From Ascidiella aspersa (lineage: Eukaryota): a stretch of 64,000 nt of DNA. The stretch is from contig OZ004609.1 of assembly GCA_963924565.1 (NCBI GenBank), positions 9,548,001 through 9,612,000 on the forward strand. Reading direction: 5' to 3'. Shown in pieces: positions 1-12,700 of the stretch. The notes beneath the pieces were generated by a model. It did no database searches. It worked only from the letters and a program-made list of their open reading frames with translations, and had not been told where the DNA came from. Each line of letters starts with the position of its first letter. The stretch's first letter is position 1. Made by a program: the position numbers and the translations under genes.

Positions 1-628
1 TAATATACTTATTACTGAACAGGAATTTAAAGACTATTCTTACACATATGACATAGGTTCAGTGTCTCTAACAGATTGGAGCGGGTTGGCGAAAATTTGC
101 GATAATTCTATTTCACATTTAATAAAGTTAGAGCTACAGTATTTCACACAAGTATCCACGATAAGCACTTGTTGTAAAACAAATATAACAAAACTAACTG
201 TTTTCAGATGCATGGACTTTTCTATGCTTGGTAAAGTGATTATTTTTCGTGGTCCAAAGACAATTTTACGTCAAGGATTTGATTTCCTAACACAGCCAGC
301 TGAACTGTAGTTGAATATATAAATAAATAATCGCCCCAAACATACATAAATATCCTAGGCAGGCCTGAGAAAAGAAAGCGATTTATGATTAAACGCGCCG
401 AAGACGTCTATAATTTACATTTGTTATCCTGTTATTTTGCGGTTTTACTGTCTGTTTAAAATATCTTAAGTCGGACAAAGTCCTGAAAATATCACTTGCA
501 TTTTTGCCCAGTAAAGCCGACCCTTATTTACGTAAAAGAAAACCTGAAAATTTGCAAAACTCGTCGATTTGTTAGCTTAAAACACGGAAGGTTCTGTGAA
601 CAACTAACCGAAATCGGCATTCTCTCAC

Positions 629-739
629 CTCCTGTATGTCTCTGGCTTTCTTCGCGTCATCTGCATTGTACCGGTTGCAGTTGTACCAAGAGGCGCCATG
701 CGGGTCCCAAGCGCCCAAACATACCCAGCAGAACTCGTG
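629..739 (-). CDS. ARIH1: ARIH1 exon 9 (end of RING2)
   Basis: 111 nt, [37 protein letters not shown]. Confidence 0.95.
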
Positions 740-3700
740 CTAAAATATGAACAAATGAGAAGTTTATTTCTCGTTAAAGATGTTCGATAATAATTTTGGA
801 TCGGAGCTGATACTAGATTCCAATTGGCTATACTGGACTTTTTTGAAACTAGGTTAGTATCGGTACAATACCGCTTTTTTTAGTTTAAAAAACAAATCGC
901 TGGAAAAAAAATAACATAATTTTTTTCCTGAGTTAAAAACCATGAAATTCACATTAAAATCATCAATTTAGCATTTTAGAATCTTTATTAAGGACGTTAT
1001 ATGTTGCCGGATAGGACGGCCGTACTTTTTGCACAGAAGTCCAAAATTATATGAGAAAAAACGTGATGGCAAATTAATAATTAAACGAAAAAGGATGCAA
1101 GATTGTATCATCGTTTAGGTCCATCAAGTTTAGACCTTGTGGTAAAAAATATGAGATAATAAACGTAACAATGGTGGAAAACACACCCTTAACTATTATA
1201 ATAATGCATACTAGCGAAATGGCAATTAAAAAAAATTAAAAAAAAGCTGCTAACATAATTTATTGGCCTATCGTTTTGTTTAAGACATCGTAATAATAGA
1301 AATGTTCGGCGTCGTATATGCACTATGCAGTGTCTTAAAAGGTGTTTTCAAAACCAAAACAGTCTTTTACATGCCTCGAATGGTCCCCATAAATATAGCC
1401 TACTTCTTCAGCAATGAATATATATCTACATACTAATGAAAAAAGGTGGTGACATCAGAAACCCAAATACAAATCTTTGAACAATACTCAAATGTTCGAT
1501 AAAAAATTACTGATATATTTGAGAAAAAACACTTGTATATTTACACTTATTGTGGCATGGGGTATTGCCGAAAAGTTTGTAAACAACGAAATGACGATTT
1601 TAACGAATATAATGACTAGCATTTTTTTGAAATTAAAGAGTTGTCACTAGTAGTACCGTGTTTCACCTGAAAAGCAGACCTGTGAAGTGATTTCCATGAT
1701 GCAACAAAGAAAAGTGTTACACTGGCGAAACTAAATTATTTATAGCAGTGGTTCTCAAACTTTTTTTAAAATATTGCGCAACGGTCCCTCAGCAACTTTT
1801 TAAATTGCTCACGGTCCCTTAAAAATATACACAAAATAACATTTGTGTTTGATGGTATCAATGGGATTGGTGCACTTGCTTCTTTACTATTAGCTCGGCT
1901 ATGTTAACCTCTAACGAATCATTTATTTGAGTGAAGCAATCACGAACAGTTTTAAACCCGTGACCGTACAGTACAGCCCACAGTGGCAGCACAGCAAGCT
2001 GTAAAAACGTGATTCTCGTTAGCTGCACAATGCAAAACCATGACGTCACAATGGACAATTCAATTAAAGCGTACAATAACGTGAAAGAACAACTAATCAG
2101 CTCGGTTTGGAAAACTAAGTTGCCTGAAAGATTTATTGCACAAAAAGCGTTCTTCTTCAGGAGCGTCGTGTTGATTTTTTGTTGGGTTCTTCGCGGTCCC
2201 AGAAAATTGTCTCGCGGACCCCAGTTTCAGAAACACTGATTTATAGTAAACAACAACGCCTAAAACCTGCCGACGGCTTGTCGGAAGAATCTGGGATTGG
2301 TCGAAATTCATTTAAAAGTTATTGAGAGAAAAACACGCGTTTGTTTGACTAATATTTCGCAAATAACATTTATACAAAGTATTCTCGATGTTTAAAATTT
2401 TGTTACTTAAAGAAATGCATTACATATTCCTACTAAACTTATATTTAGGCTTTAAGGTTTATTCTATGCAAGAGAGGACAACATTTTTCGACAACTTATT
2501 GTAATGTCAAACAAAAGTCACTGAAAACCAAAACAAACTCAGAATATTCAGATTAAAAATTAGTAGTAATATTCAAAGTCGAAATTACAGGTACAACGGC
2601 CTATCTGTTATTATAGGGATTATAAAGATAAATATTGCAAAAATTACAGCAAAATAATGGAACACACCTGATAAAGCCAATTAGTTTGAAAAAGCAAAAC
2701 CTTTTTTATAGTTGTTTTTGTTTGTTTCTGAAAAAAAATTCAAAAATATTTTTTGTTTGTTACCTTACAAGCCTGGTTGCGGCACACCATATGATTGCAG
2801 CCGCCGTATTTTTCAATGGTAGCCGAGCACTTCGGACATTCCTTTGTATTGGCCGAAATCCAGTTTGACGTTTCGCTGTCATCGTCACACTTCTTCAACC
2901 ATTTGCGCAAAGGCTATCAAAAAAGTATTTTTGTCTTTAATGAATGTGCTGTTGCTGCCAGACATTGTTTTCTTCCGGTAAAATTTTAATAAAATGCAAA
3001 CGTTTCGACCACCAACTCTGGCAATCTTCTTCTAGAGAAATATAATTGCAACCAAAGGCGAAAACATATATAATATGTATAGCAGGCAAACAATAAAAGA
3101 AAGAAAAACAACAATGAACCACGAGGCGCGAAAAAAGATAAATACGTTTTTGTTTTTAATTATAGCAGACAAATCAATGACGAAAAATACAAGAAAAATG
3201 TAGGCCTGGAAAATGCCTTTCAAAAAGCCCCAAAAATGCTGTTTTGCTACATCAATGAAACAGAATGTGTTATTTTTTTTATTTGTTGGTTTATTTGACT
3301 TTTGGGGCATAAAGGCTGTAGTTTGCGGTTCAGTAGTACTCCCAACTTTTTCATCCCGTGGACCCCTTTAGTCGCTATTCAAACTCAATCCACTGGTAAG
3401 AAAAACAGTGCCTGCAAATTTAACAATATGAAGAGAGCGAATCGCCTCTTTAAAATCCCAAGAATTTTGTTTGTAAAAAATTACTAGTATTTGCTGAATA
3501 CCATTTTAATGAAAACAATAGATTTTGGCTACTTACGCAGAGCTCATTGTGACGTAATAATAATGAAGTGTACACTTCAGTAAAAGTTTTGTCTCGCGTG
3601 CGAAAAATACCTGCACTGTTCAAGGACGGATTAACCAATAGGCTAATAAGGCTATAGCCTTAGGCCCTGGAAAAATTCGGCCCTCAATTTTCACTATTTA

Positions 3701-6700
3701 CGGTATGTGCTATTTACGTTTTGTGCTATCACTTTTAAGAGGAACATAAAACCAAAAAAGCAACAATACCTAAAGCAGAAAAAATTATAAACCCACAGAA
3801 TAAAGACCAATGACTTAAGCTTAACTTAAATACGCAGATTACTGCCCAGTACAGAATGAGATCAAAATCGTCTGAAAAAGACCTATATCTGTCAAAATAC
3901 GTCCTAAGTTCATCTTAGCATTGTCTTAAATGGGCAAAATAACACCTGAAACTGTAGGGAGAGAGTATGGGTCGATCGGGCGCTGCGTTAGGTCTGGCAT
4001 GGGTTGTTTTGGTGTCGACGTTCGGACACCCTAGTTTGACCTGCGCCATCAGGGCGCCGCTGTTTTTGCATTGGATTTTTGGCCCTGTTTTGGGTTATTG
4101 GTGGGGTTAGAAAATGGATAGGGTTTAAAATTATTAGGGAAGTTAGTGATGTACTTAGGGGTGAGATTTGAGGATAGGTAAAGTGCTGTTTAGACCTTAT
4201 TCTGGCTATTTAGGTCTTATTCTGACGGGTTTTGGACTTATATTTATGTCTTATGGTAGGAGTCCGTTTTAAGCATAGATAGTGATGTTCTTAGAGGTTT
4301 AAATGTCGATGAAATCATTCATAAGGTTGATTCACACTAGACGCGTCTGGCGTTGCGGAAGTTGAAACAGTTTAACTTTGACGCTTTTGGTTCGGTACGA
4401 GGAAATTTGCCGTGAACGGTGGCAACCGTTTGCCGTGAACGCTGGCAAAATTTGCCGTGAACGCTGGCAAAGTGTGAACTGGACAACGCTGGCGTTTTGC
4501 GACAGACGCTAATGCTTGAAGCAAAGCGCATTTAGTGTGAACCAACATATACGTATGCTAGCTGTAAGACAAGGAAAATGTAATTTTACATATAATCTAT
4601 TGTAATAGGGGAGATGTGGGACCGGTGACTCGAAAGCTGTTTTCCTCTTTCCATTTAAAATCGTTTTTGAGGATTTAAGACAATTAAACGATTTTTGAGG
4701 CAAAAAGGAAAATTATGTCATATAATGGAATTTGTATTTTGTTCTAGAATCTAGAACAGGCTTTCTCAACCGTGGCCGTGGGTCCCCTTGGGGGGCCACG
4801 GGCATAACTCTCTAGCTAGGCCGTAGTTTGCAAAACCCAACTACACAAGTGTCTTTGTTTATAAAATTTGCCTGTTAACTCAAATTTGTGATTTTAATTA
4901 CGACCTTTCTTGTAACGTATTGTAACTCATTTTTCTGACACGTTTTTTGATTTACTCGCAAGTAGGGATGTTTAAAGTAGAATGTTGTATCCTTTTATTA
5001 CGTTTTTGCGCGAAGTTTTACGTACGTTTGCGAGTGGCAAGATTGGGGGATAAAGGTCTGTCCATTACTGTGTTGCTTTATATGTAGCCATTCACAGCGT
5101 TTTTTCGGGCAGCCAATTACTTGACGATAACCTTCGCCTAATCTTCAAGTTTCCGTCAAATGCTTTTGGGCAAGCAACTTGTAATGCCTGGTGCAGAAAT
5201 TTTCCCAACTTCAAGAGTTTGCAAAAGAACACTCCATCGTAAAACGCGCAAGGTTGCTACGGGGTTACTCAATGTCAACTTTTATGCCAATATTCAGGTA
5301 GGCCAATATAATGGATCCAGCCCGCCGCCTCTTCGACAAACTAGACACGAGTTCATTTCAAATAGGCTTATTATTTACTTTTTGACTATACGTAAGTGCG
5401 AAATATTTTTTTTTAATGTTCTTTCTACGTCCGATTTGTTTACGTTTTAATGCTGTCTTTTCAAGTAGATCTGCGCTTAAAAAAGGTTAACAAACGCTGA
5501 ATAGATTAACTATTATGGAAATTGCCTTTCCTGAAAGTAGTTTTATCACACTTTTCATAAGTAGTATGGATGACTAGATTTGGACTCGAATTTTAATTTG
5601 CACCAACACTTCACTTCCCCCGTAAACGTAATTAAACACATCTTTTGGTGCAAAAAAAGATCCGAGACCCGCCTGATTTACAGTTGTTTGCTTGGTTTCG
5701 GCCCGCGACTAGAAATAGTTTGCTGCCCCTGAGCTAGCTTATGCACATCGAATTTGCCAAACAATATTAACGCATTACTAAAATACAAATCTAGGAATCA
5801 TCAACGCGAATGTAGTGACAAAACATTAGTCGAATACAAAAAAAAACTCGTCGGAGTCCAAAAATAAGCTTTGGAATGAATAACTAAGTTAGTTTAATTT
5901 AAAACGACTGATTTTGTTAAATAATTAGAAAGTAGGCGCACTTATTCAACTTTCTCTTTTTTTTACATTTTGAGTTAAGTGCTGTGGTATGTTGAAGGGT
6001 AGATTAAACACGTTATGTTATGTTTGTGTTATTTTGCAGTAAATAATTTCAAATTTTAATGTATGTATTTTCACTACTTTTTGTGGCTTCGTTTGCAAAA
6101 TTAGGCCCTTCCCTAGTAAATAACCTTAGGCCCACAGTACCCTTAATCCGGCCCTGGCACTGTTTAGATTTTAAAATGAATATTTCACTAACACAGAATA
6201 AAAAAAACAGTATAGTTTACTACACAGCATCACTGGACAATATTTTCCACATTAACCGGATAAACAGAAGTTACTGAGTACCACGTGTGTGCAGTGCTGG
6301 TCGCCTCACATGTGTGCAATGGAGGAAAGTACTCTTTAACTTATAAAACCCAAGTTAACCGCGTTTAACCTTAAAATTTAGATTCAAGTTTTAATTCAAC
6401 TTGAAACTTGACGGCGTTAATTTTTCTTTAAAAAATTATAGGATGAAATCAGCACCCACCCCACATTTAACAGGGTCGTGCCAGAGCTCACTGCACTCGG
6501 CGCAGAACTCGCGCCCGCAGTCGCACTTCACCGGACTCCAGCCCTTGTACTCCAGTTTGATCACATGGTGGCAGTCGGGAGCAGGGCACCACTTCAGCAA
6601 CGAATTGCACTGCAAGAAAGTTATTCGTGAGTGGCTGAGAAAATATTTGTTAATTTAATCAAAAACATGTCTTTTTTGCTGTTAACTGCTTAATAGGTGA

Positions 6701-9700
6701 AACGATGAATCAAGTGCTCCGTAACCTTTTGTCACTTGCGGCACACCAATAGGGTTTAAAAACTCTCGGCGACACACCTACAAAAATATAACTAAAACAA
6801 AAAAATCCAATGCAGCCGAGCGCTAATAGTGTACTGAGGGTTATATTGACCAAAACCACAAACATTGTGACGTATAATTTTCCCTTATCATATGATGTAA
6901 GGCTTTCATAGTGTTAAAAAAATCCGCTCATAGTCCTGATCTGGTTAACCCTCGCATACAACCAAAATGCAGGGCCTAAACTGTACGCTTTTGGAATTAT
7001 TAGTGCTAAATTTTGGACAATGCCTTGGGAAAAACGGGCAAGTAAAAAGTATTTTTACACCGCGGCACACCTGTCATGGCCTTGCGGTGTACCAGTGTGT
7101 CGAGGCAAAACTTTTGCGCAACACTACCCTATACCTCTTGAGCCCGTGTAGCTCTATTGGTAGAGCGACGGTCACGGTATGGCCAAGGTTGTGACTTCGA
7201 AACATACGGCAGGCTATAGTGTTTTTTTACCAGCCTGGCCTTGCCTGCATGTAAATCCCTAATTGATCGACTTATTCGCTTAGTCTGTCAAATGCTTTTG
7301 GTGTGCTAGGCCGATACGTAGGCAGTTATAGGTAGGCTGTTATCGTTAATAAAAAAAAAACGACTTTGGGAAAGTGAGATCACAGTTGTATCTTTATTAG
7401 GTGAAAAGTAGGTTACACTTCCCTAGGTATTATCTAATACTGAAATGAGCTCGGGAATATTAAACATTTTGTTTATTTAGCCATGAATTCCATTGGTTTA
7501 ACTTAAAAACGGCTTATTAAAAATCCTGAAAAATAATTATAATGAACTCATGGTTTGGCGTAGTTCAAGCTCTTACATATAAATAGCGTAATAATAATAT
7601 CAAAACATAACTATATGGTACCTCAACGAAACTGTTTGTGATCAAATGCTGATACTTTTGTTGGACTCTTCGTTCAGTGACCAGTTGCCTGTTGGGAGAA
7701 TATAGAATTTATTACCCAAATAATATGATTATAATTGTTGAAGGGTTAGAAAAGCACAGTTCTTGATTAAATTAACACCCAACTTTATTTAGTAAAAATG
7801 ACATATTTTGATGTTTAATCACTAATGCAAGCAGCACATTAGTGTAAATTAAATGTATCAATTTGTTGTTTACATGGCAGGATAGGATTGTTAATTACAA
7901 AAATATGCCAAAAACAACACAGGAAGATATCTTACTGGATAACAAATTGCTTCGAAATTAGTAGGATATTTATGTTGCAATGTCACGACTGTATTGCAAT
8001 GTTTTACTTACATTACGACAGCATCGTCAACAATTATATCACATCCAAAAGCCGGACAAGAGATCATCTGAAAAATATAAACTGCTTAATAAATGCTGTT
8101 AACATTAGATTAGAGGTTCTTCAAACAAGCAAAGATACTACACTCCAAATCTAAAGTGATTCTCAAGCTATGTAAAACGGCAATTTAGTTTGTCTCAAAA
8201 GAGAATCTCCAGTGCAGGGATTCTTAAACTGGGGTCCATGGACCCCTCGGGGGTCTGTGACCTAGTTTTATGAGTCCATGAAGGCCTACTTACAATATTA
8301 GCGTATATCTAAGGCATCGTTTCTCAACCGGTGCGCCATGGAAGGCTGCTAGGTGCGCCGCGAGCGAAAGGAAAAAATAATGCAGGTATAATAATGCCGG
8401 TGCGCCATGGAAGGCTGCTAGGTGCGCCGCGAGCGAAAGGAAAAAATAATGCAGGTATAAATGCCTTCTATATAAATCATACTATATAAATCATATATTT
8501 TTTACTTTCCCATTAAGCTTAGCCCGTTGATTCCACAAGCCTTTTAAGTAGAAAACAACAAGAACTGCAAAGCAACAATATCTAACATCTATAATAGGCT
8601 ACCATAGTATGGTATTAAGACCACCGATATAATAACCGTAAATTCGCAGTAATAACCACGCCAAAATAAGATCTAAAATAGTCCAGATAAGACCTAAACA
8701 TGTCGAAATTAGTTCAAAATTAATCCAAATAAGACTTAAATGGACAAAATAACGTTTTTAGTCTTAAAGGCTGGAAGTCTCTTTAAAGCAGACCTGGGCA
8801 ACATACGGCCCGCGGGCCGAATCGGCCCGCCAAGGGATTTAATCCGGCCTACGGCTTATTTTGCCTAATATACATATCAGCAAAAACAAGGGCGAGTTTC
8901 TACATGTTTGGTTGTATCGTTAACTCTCTTTTAATTAATGGATCTAGTCATGACCAGACAAAACTTAAATACTAAAATAAACTTAATTACGCGCTTTGCG
9001 CGATATTGTCTTTCTCGTAAGTGCCACACGTTTTTTGACATCTTTACAGACCGAAAGCGTCCTCTGCTTATGGTGCTCTCTCAAACGAAATTTTACCAAA
9101 CTTATCCTAATATTTATATATTTTTGGCGCTTCGGGCAAATGTATTCCGTCCCTAAATTATGAACTAAATACCAGCCGTTTTCTAAACTCTGAAACATAC
9201 CGATTTACGTTTGGTCAACATAATTTATTTAATGAATAATTTTATACCGTCTTTGCAAAATTGCCGTTTTACCGCAAATAACATATCGGTAACTTAAAGC
9301 CTCAAAAAGGAAAAAAAACAAGTTTTTTTGTTAGAAATTTTCACGCATTTTAATCTTAACTGTAGTGTTGGGTCAACGCGCCCCACAACTTGATAAATGC
9401 CCATATATATCAAAGAGATAGGTACATTTTTTATCTGTGCTCAATGCGTCACGCCCCCCTCTAAATATAAATTAAAGTTGGCATTTTAAAAGAAATATAG
9501 TGGCAATTTTTTCGCGCTTTTTGCGACGTCTTCTTTAAATTCGACTTAAATTGCAAACTTTCGCACAACTAAACGTAATAAGGAGTTTGGTAGCTTATTT
9601 GTTTTATACAGTCAGAGTAGGACGTCCTATTGCATATAATTGAGATCCTATTTTTGACCCGGCCCGCCACAACATTTTGTGTTTATCATGCGACCCGCGG

Positions 9701-12700
9701 TTAACAATAATTACCCACCCTGCTTTAAAGATATGCAACTATAAAACCTATATAATACAAAATTGCAGGCAATTTAAGAGAAATATTGGTACACCTCAAG
9801 CATTTCGCGCTTGTATTATGACGTAATCTTATGACATCATCTCTAAAAAATTCTTGCCTACACTGGTCCATCTGAAGCAAAAAATTTTTTTAGGAGTCCT
9901 TAATAAAAAAAATTTAAGAACCACTGCTCTAGTCTGACATAAAACTTGGCAGACTACATACAGGACTACAGGTTATTATTGTTAACAAATTATTTTTGTT
10001 AACAAATAATAATATGGTATTTACACATTTACTTGCCACTTATCATGAGAGATTGTTAAGCCATGGATGCTATTACTGTTTTGTTAAAAGTCTGCAGCAA
10101 ATATTTTTGTGATTTTCTTAGTGTGCCACAACTACAAAAAAAAAACCAATGGTCTAAATGCTTTACTACTGTTGACTTTACAGGAGGAGACAACAAAAGT
10201 TTTTATTTCTTGGATTCACTTATCCCAGTGTGATGACCATGAAGGTATTAAACACAAGTGTGAACGGATGAGTTATAAGTGAATATTCTTAATTCTTAAT
10301 ATTTAGCTCATTTTTTTGTTTTTCATGTGTATATATATGTTAAGAATTTATAAACAGTTTGTACGCTTTATTAGATAAAAAATACTAATGTTATTTTGCC
10401 TTTTATAAATCACCTGTGACATTCCTTCATCCATTATCTTTGTTGCGAGATATTGTTGCCAACAGTCCTTGCAGAATACATGCCTGCAGTCTAACCCTGT
10501 CATAAGCTGTAAGAAAACACAACAATTAGCTGTAATACAACTAAAAAAACTACTATTTTAATGAAACCTGTCAAAATGCAAGTCTGTTCTAACAAAAAGA
10601 GTATCAACATTCAGTAAATGGATTTTGGGGAGAGGGGTATACTGTATAAAACTGATATTGATATGTTTTATCGCTATGTGTACTGCAAGTAGTGATAAAG
10701 GAGTATGAAAAGGTTTGGAGGTTCACCACCCCCCTTTATTTTGTTTTTTTAATGTAATTGGGTGGCACATCTTGATCTAATGTGAAACCACAATTAATCG
10801 CAAAACGCCGTTTTTTGTGTTTTGTTTGCACAAGGGTCAACTGTAAACGCAGAATATTTTTTCTCTTTGGCCTTTTGTTATTTGTTTAGGTTTGCTGATT
10901 AGCAAGTGTGTATTCCACAATTGACAAGGCTAAGTCAAGCCTTCTTCCCTTTTTCCCTAAAACTGTTGAGTTGGGCACATTTATTGCTCCTCGCTCTTCG
11001 CTGTCTGCGCTAATATCTGATGTTCGTGTATCAACATTTTTTAACAGAAGCAGATTTTCTTAAAAAAGGGTCTAATTGTGACTGTCATGCGCGTTTCCAA
11101 GTCGCTATTTTTTATGCAATGATGGTTACCACAAAATTATTCTCCATAAGTATATTATAGGACCACATGTTTAGTGTGCAACTTATTTTCCCTCAATCGG
11201 ACTTGTATTTTAACTGACTTGGCACACAGCTCAGTGCAGATGTTGCACCGATTGTGGCATAATAATACCCGGGAAAAACGACCTTCGTTCAGAATTGGTG
11301 GCGAAGGGCAGGCTTGTAATTTAGCGTAGTCCCGTTGATGGAACTTCGGACAACTGCGCTGTTGATAGTCATAACATGATTCTACCAAAAGCAATTACAC
11401 ATATTTCACGGTCTTGGTTAGATTTTGTCGCCTGAAGTTAACGATTGCAAACTAAGTGGTTTTGCAGCTGGCGGAGTGTCGGTGACGCACATGCTTACAA
11501 ATCACTATATATTTTATGATGTCATTATTAATTGCCTTCATACGACAAATAGGGGAATTGCCCAAGTTGAAAGGTCAGGAGAACCCAACTTTTTTTATTT
11601 CTAGATGCGCCCTGTGTATAGTGATAAAAAAAACGTGTTGACGCTCATACAGAACATCAATTTAACAACTTGACAACAGTTTTTAATAAAAAGCAAAACA
11701 ATAGGTAAATAAATAGGATACATTTTATTCTTTAAAATACAAATATTTTTTAAATGACAAAAATATCTATATCGATTTGTAAACAGGAATGACAGGTCAG
11801 CAAAGTAGCAGAAAGACTCTGGGCACACTAGGGCCATTTCATTTTATTGCCTTGAATTAACCTCTAATCAAATTTATTTGCTATGCTGACTGCTACTTTA
11901 AGGAGTTATCACAGCCTTGCATGTAACCTGGATCTTATTAGGAGTTAATTTGGAACAGATGTCTCTGATTTGGAACAGATGTCTGTCTCCAAGTATCTAT
12001 CACAGTTTGACACAGATTCAGCTGTAAGTGGTACAATGGCTGTTTCTTGATTTGCACCCCATAAGCCTATGTTTTAAAACCTTACCATGCTAGGACTGTT
12101 AGGCCAATGCCTTGCCTGGAAATGAACCCTTGTCAGTCAAAGGTTTTTTCCTTAACTAAGCTGTAAAATGAGTTTTAATGAATTAGGTGACATCAGGGCT
12201 GCGGAGTCGGACTTGGGACTCAGGACTCGAGTAAGACCTCGTGAAACTACCCGAGTCCGACATGCGCATGCGCAGTACCGAAATTAAAAACTGAAATGGC
12301 CGCCAAATGGAAATTGTAAAGGTGGAATATTATATGGTGGATATTTTCCAACCATGTATTGTGAGTGAATAAATTATATGACACCCCTATAAGTGGATTG
12401 CTGAATATCCACGCTATTTTAGTTACGTAAGTTGGTGAAATACAGGCTGTAGAGTCCGGGCCGGACTCGGGACTCGACAAAATCGCACATTTGACCGGAG
12501 TCGGACTCGGGAGTCTGACTCGTGTTACTTTTAACCGACCCCGCAGCCCTGGGTCACATAACTTTTTCAAAAGACTTGGCTAAAGTCTCTCGACCAAAAC
12601 GACTTGATTTGAAATAAGTGTTTTGAATGAATGACTTGGGATTTATGTTATCCTGTAATACAACTTGGGTTTGAAAGTGTTTTCATCATTAAAGCTGACT

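Larger units (their letters stand above)
8215..9926. mobile_element. hAT MITE (family also at 25819, 33682 and 42787) expanded by nested insertions
   Basis: CAGGGATTCTTAAAC .. TTTAAGAACCACTG; TSD CTCCAGTG/CTCTAGTC (6 of 8 match). Confidence 0.62.

Noticed and set aside
4085-4190. Telomere-like G/T-rich tract
   Set aside because: Only scattered TTAGGG-like words inside a nested repeat; no true tandem telomeric array.
7141-7215. Functional tRNA gene
   Set aside because: The anticodon stem does not pair in register, and the T-arm/B-box is degenerate.
10225-10300. C/D snoRNA (GTGATGA)
   Set aside because: Antisense to the host intron, with no D box or terminal stem at a suitable distance.
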